From positions 1-25,529 of the IMG/VR virus record IMGVR_UViG_3300016667_000182: DNA of 25,529 bases; one strand, written 5' to 3'. This stretch comes from a virus (taxonomy: Duplodnaviria; Caudoviricetes). Within the stretch, counting starts at the first letter, position 1, and the number at the start of each line of letters is the position of its first letter. A program made the translations under genes and the position numbers. The notes below the pieces were generated by a model. The model was not told where the DNA came from, searched no databases, and saw nothing but the letters and a program-made list of their open reading frames with translations. Shown one piece after another: positions 24,576-25,529 of this stretch.

Positions 24576-25019
24576 TTAGTAACGGACTTTCTTTAGAAAA
24601 TCCTGTGCTCGTTTGCGTGCATCATCGTCTTGGTGGATGAGCATGTCTTTGATGATATCGGCAGCAGCCTGAAGCTGCATCCGTAGTTCTTTGGTTTTAT
24701 GTTCAAACGGGGAAGGCTTAGCACCATTCTCCAGTTTGTCAGTTACTTCCTGTGGTACCGACATAAGCGAGAGATCGATGAGCCTCTGCATCCTCTCTCG
24801 GAAACTATCAGGGGCCTGCTCTGGTGACTTAGTTGTCAGATCGTCGACGTTCATATCAAAGGCGGCAGCGATGGCTCGTAGGACTTTTGGACCAGCGGGT
24901 TGCTTGCCGACCTCGATACGTTGCAGGGTAGCGTGGTTGATGAAGGATCGTCTGGCCAGCTCTTGCTGTGACCATCCGTGGATCAGACGCATCTGCTTGA
25001 TCTTCGATCCAATGCTCAT
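24576..25019 (-). CDS. XRE/Cro-C1 family HTH transcriptional regulator
   Basis: IGSKIKQMR...WSQQELARRSFINHATLQRIEVG...LRAIAAAFDMNVDDL. Confidence 0.88.
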   Translation of the reverse strand: MSIGSKIKQMRLIHGWSQQELARRSFINHATLQRIEVGKQPAGPKVLRAIAAAFDMNVDDLTTKSPEQAPDSFRERMQRLIDLSLMSVPQEVTDKLENGAKPSPFEHKTKELRMQLQAAADIIKDMLIHQDDDARKRAQDFLKKVRY

Positions 25020-25052
25020 GGTGGTTACTTTTATAGTAATCCTGACCCTAAG

Positions 25053-25325
25053 TCACTGCTCTGTCTGGTGAATTGGTACACCATCATGCTCGAGTGATGA
25101 CATGGCCATCTTTAGATGGTCGAATAGTTCATCCTGAGACAGCAGGTCAGGTCGATCTCCGACTAGGCGACAGGCTAGTAGACCACACGCGATGAGAGCA
25201 ACAGTTCCAACATCTGCGTCAAACTTAGCTGACACCATTGGGATCAAGTCGACCACGTAGCTTGCCGCCTTGGCACACGTCTCTAATGCTTCGGCATCTT
25301 CGGGTGAGAGTTCTTCGTCAGTCAT
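25053..25325 (-). CDS. Hypothetical protein (start revised to MTDEELS)
   Basis: GGAG RBS before ATG 25325, which overlaps the end of the Cys-rich ORF. Confidence 0.6.
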   Translation of the reverse strand: MTDEELSPEDAEALETCAKAASYVVDLIPMVSAKFDADVGTVALIACGLLACRLVGDRPDLLSQDELFDHLKMAMSSLEHDGVPIHQTEQ

Positions 25326-25473
25326 CACAGATCTCCGTGCAGTTGCCATGGCGGTCGCAGCATATTGAGCATGATACAATCTTACCATTGGAGTAATAGG
25401 TCTTAGTTCGACACGCCGCATAGGCGATTGTGCTTATGGTTAACAGCATGATGGTGGTTAGGACTAACTTCAT
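25318..25473 (-). CDS. 51 aa secreted Cys-rich peptide (not in ORF track)
   Basis: MKLVLTTIMLLTISTIAYA-ACRTKTYYSNGKIVSCSICCDRHGNCTEICDD; signal peptide with AYA site, six Cys; RBS GAGGTAACCAC-ATG. Confidence 0.75.
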   Translation of the reverse strand: MKLVLTTIMLLTISTIAYAACRTKTYYSNGKIVSCSICCDRHGNCTEICDD

Positions 25474-25529
25474 GTGGTTACCTCTGTGTTACTTCCATAG
25501 TAAAAAACGACGGCGTGGTGGTTTACCAT

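Noticed and set aside
25326-25421. N-terminal extension of the 25053..25421 ORF
   Set aside because: Overlaps the better supported Cys-rich ORF; an RBS precedes ATG 25325.

Overview
Part of a tailed dsDNA phage (podovirus-like layout), probably infecting an alphaproteobacterium (inferred from an MmgR/SuhB-like sRNA, apparent GANTC avoidance and an orphan OmpR/PhoB-type DNA-binding protein). The + strand (1-5984) holds the 3' part of a giant polyvalent/ejection-type virion protein and an HNH gene. The rest is a - strand early/replication arm: XRE regulator, DUF6378-like protein, MoxR-like AAA+ ATPase with a metallopeptidase-VWA partner, family A DNA polymerase, dCMP deaminase, Cas4-like nuclease, VRR-NUC, SNF2 helicase, putative ssDNA-binding protein and primase-helicase. 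Main novelty: a ~2 kb array (13734-15733) of small genes punctuated by six copies of a 30-35 bp direct repeat (21 bp invariant). Each copy encodes a C-terminal ARAALGEKE-type tail, a Shine-Dalgarno sequence and an overlapping stop/start, i.e. a candidate plug-in gene-cassette system with no integrase in this window. Also found: a phage-borne MmgR/SuhB-like sRNA, an oppositely transcribed sRNA whose loop is antisense to a shared ribosome-binding-site motif of early genes, other structured intergenic elements and three small ORFs missing from the ORF track. All family calls come from motif recognition by eye; no searches were run.
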